Translations under genes and position numbers: made by a program
The notes under the pieces: generated by a model
The model's database searches: none
Told to the model about the DNA's origin: nothing
What the model saw: the letters and a program-made list of their open reading frames with translations, nothing else
In this document: positions 62,938-64,000 of the stretch, in pieces
Layout: the number at the start of each line of letters is the position of its first letter
Numbering within the stretch: the first letter of the stretch is position 1
Assembly: GCA_951406725.2 (NCBI GenBank)
Contig: OX597817.1
Location: forward strand, 145,948,001-146,012,000
Direction of reading: 5' to 3'
DNA: 64,000 bases
Source: Octopus vulgaris
Taxonomy: Eukaryota

Positions 62938-63119
62938 ATGATGGCGGACTTGCAGTTAGCTCCACTGCGACCTATTGGCGATTTTCTAATGGAATCGGCA
63001 CGATTCCAAATGCCAAACATGGTGGAGGCCGACAAATGGACAAAACGAGTGCTACAGAACCTACTATATTACCAAACAAATTATTTCTTAACGGCTTTAT
63101 TCGTCTTTTTGATCATCGG
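62938..63119 (+). CDS. ARL6IP5: PRA1 family protein (ARL6IP5/PRAF3/JWA-like), exon 1: MMADLQLAPLRPIGDFLMESARFQMPNMVEADKWTKRVLQNLLYYQTNYFLTALFVFLII(G)
   Basis: PRA1 hallmarks APLR..DF....RF..P and RV..NLLYYQTNY. Phase-2 donor GG|GTAAGA at 63120. It may be co-orthologous to vertebrate ARL6IP5 and PRAF2. Confidence 0.9.
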
Positions 63120-64000
63120 GTAAGAGTTGCGACAAAATGTTTATTGATGGACTTCGCTCGTGTATGTGTGTGAGTGCGTGTGTATATATGTGTATATATA
63201 CGATGTGTCTTTTATGAAGATGGTTATTCGCAATGTTTTTGCCTCTGGAAACTTCATTAATTAAATTAACCTTCAACATATAATCGCTTATAATTAACAT
63301 ATATACTATATTCAATTCATATTATATTTTAAATTATTTTTTTCTGTATCTTTACTTTGGTAATTTAGTTGCAATTATAGAGAACATGTTATAATTTACT
63401 TTGAGTGTGTTTGCGAACTTTTGAAGTTTCCTATAATTCTTTGGATCCAGTTCTTTCAAATATACGTTATCAATAATGTTTTTCTTATGTTAGCAAGATA
63501 TGTTCAAAGCTGATAACGTTTGTCCCACTACATAACATTACTTGTTGATTTTATATTTCGGCGTCAGATCGTACTGGGATTGTGTGTGTGTGTGTGTGAA
63601 GATAGAAAAAAAAAATGAAAAGAATTAGTAAACCATGCGCACATGATTTCGTGCATTTTCTGTCAATACAAGGATGAACTGTAAAAGTCCTGTGACTTCA
63701 ATAGGATGAACACCTACAAAATGGCTAGTGTTATAATAAAAAGAAAAAGCAGAAACTTTAGAAAATTGGTACTTTACTAAGACAATTGATATCGAAGATG
63801 CTTGTGTCGCTACATAGTCAACATATGTTGAGGAATATTATAGTCTAATAGCATTAATTACAAAATATATTGTCTTTGATCATATATATTTGCTTGATGT
63901 ATTGTTTATTGCTTGTAAACTTAGTTTCCACTAGCAACTATTATTGAAACAATCTCCAGACTCCCGATAGCTAATGCGGGAGTGGTTGTGAGATGAAACA

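Overview
AT-rich, repeat-dense animal genomic DNA, most likely octopus (inferred from the SINE/RTE repeat families and microsatellite load). Almost all ORFs in the supplied track are repeat or microsatellite noise. Two real genes lie head-to-head. UBA3 (NEDD8-activating enzyme E1 catalytic subunit) is on the minus strand: five well-supported coding exons at 18518-18614, 16000-16080, 11640-11722, 4214-4294 and 675-718, a probable first exon at 62148-62188, and the rest of the gene continuing past the left edge. A PRA1-family gene (ARL6IP5/PRAF3-like) starts on the plus strand at 62938. The UBA3 intron 719-4213 is a U12-type AT-AC intron. The UBA3 introns hold tRNA-derived SINEs, RTE, R4/Dong-like and CR1-like LINE fragments, two non-autonomous Helitrons, mariner/piggyBac/hAT MITEs and LINE-seeded minisatellites. 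They also hold several Penelope-type hammerhead-ribozyme relics (one pair in inverted orientation, one copy inside a Helitron) and a perfect 107-bp inverted duplication. Repeat boundaries were read by eye and are approximate; exon boundaries were checked base by base.
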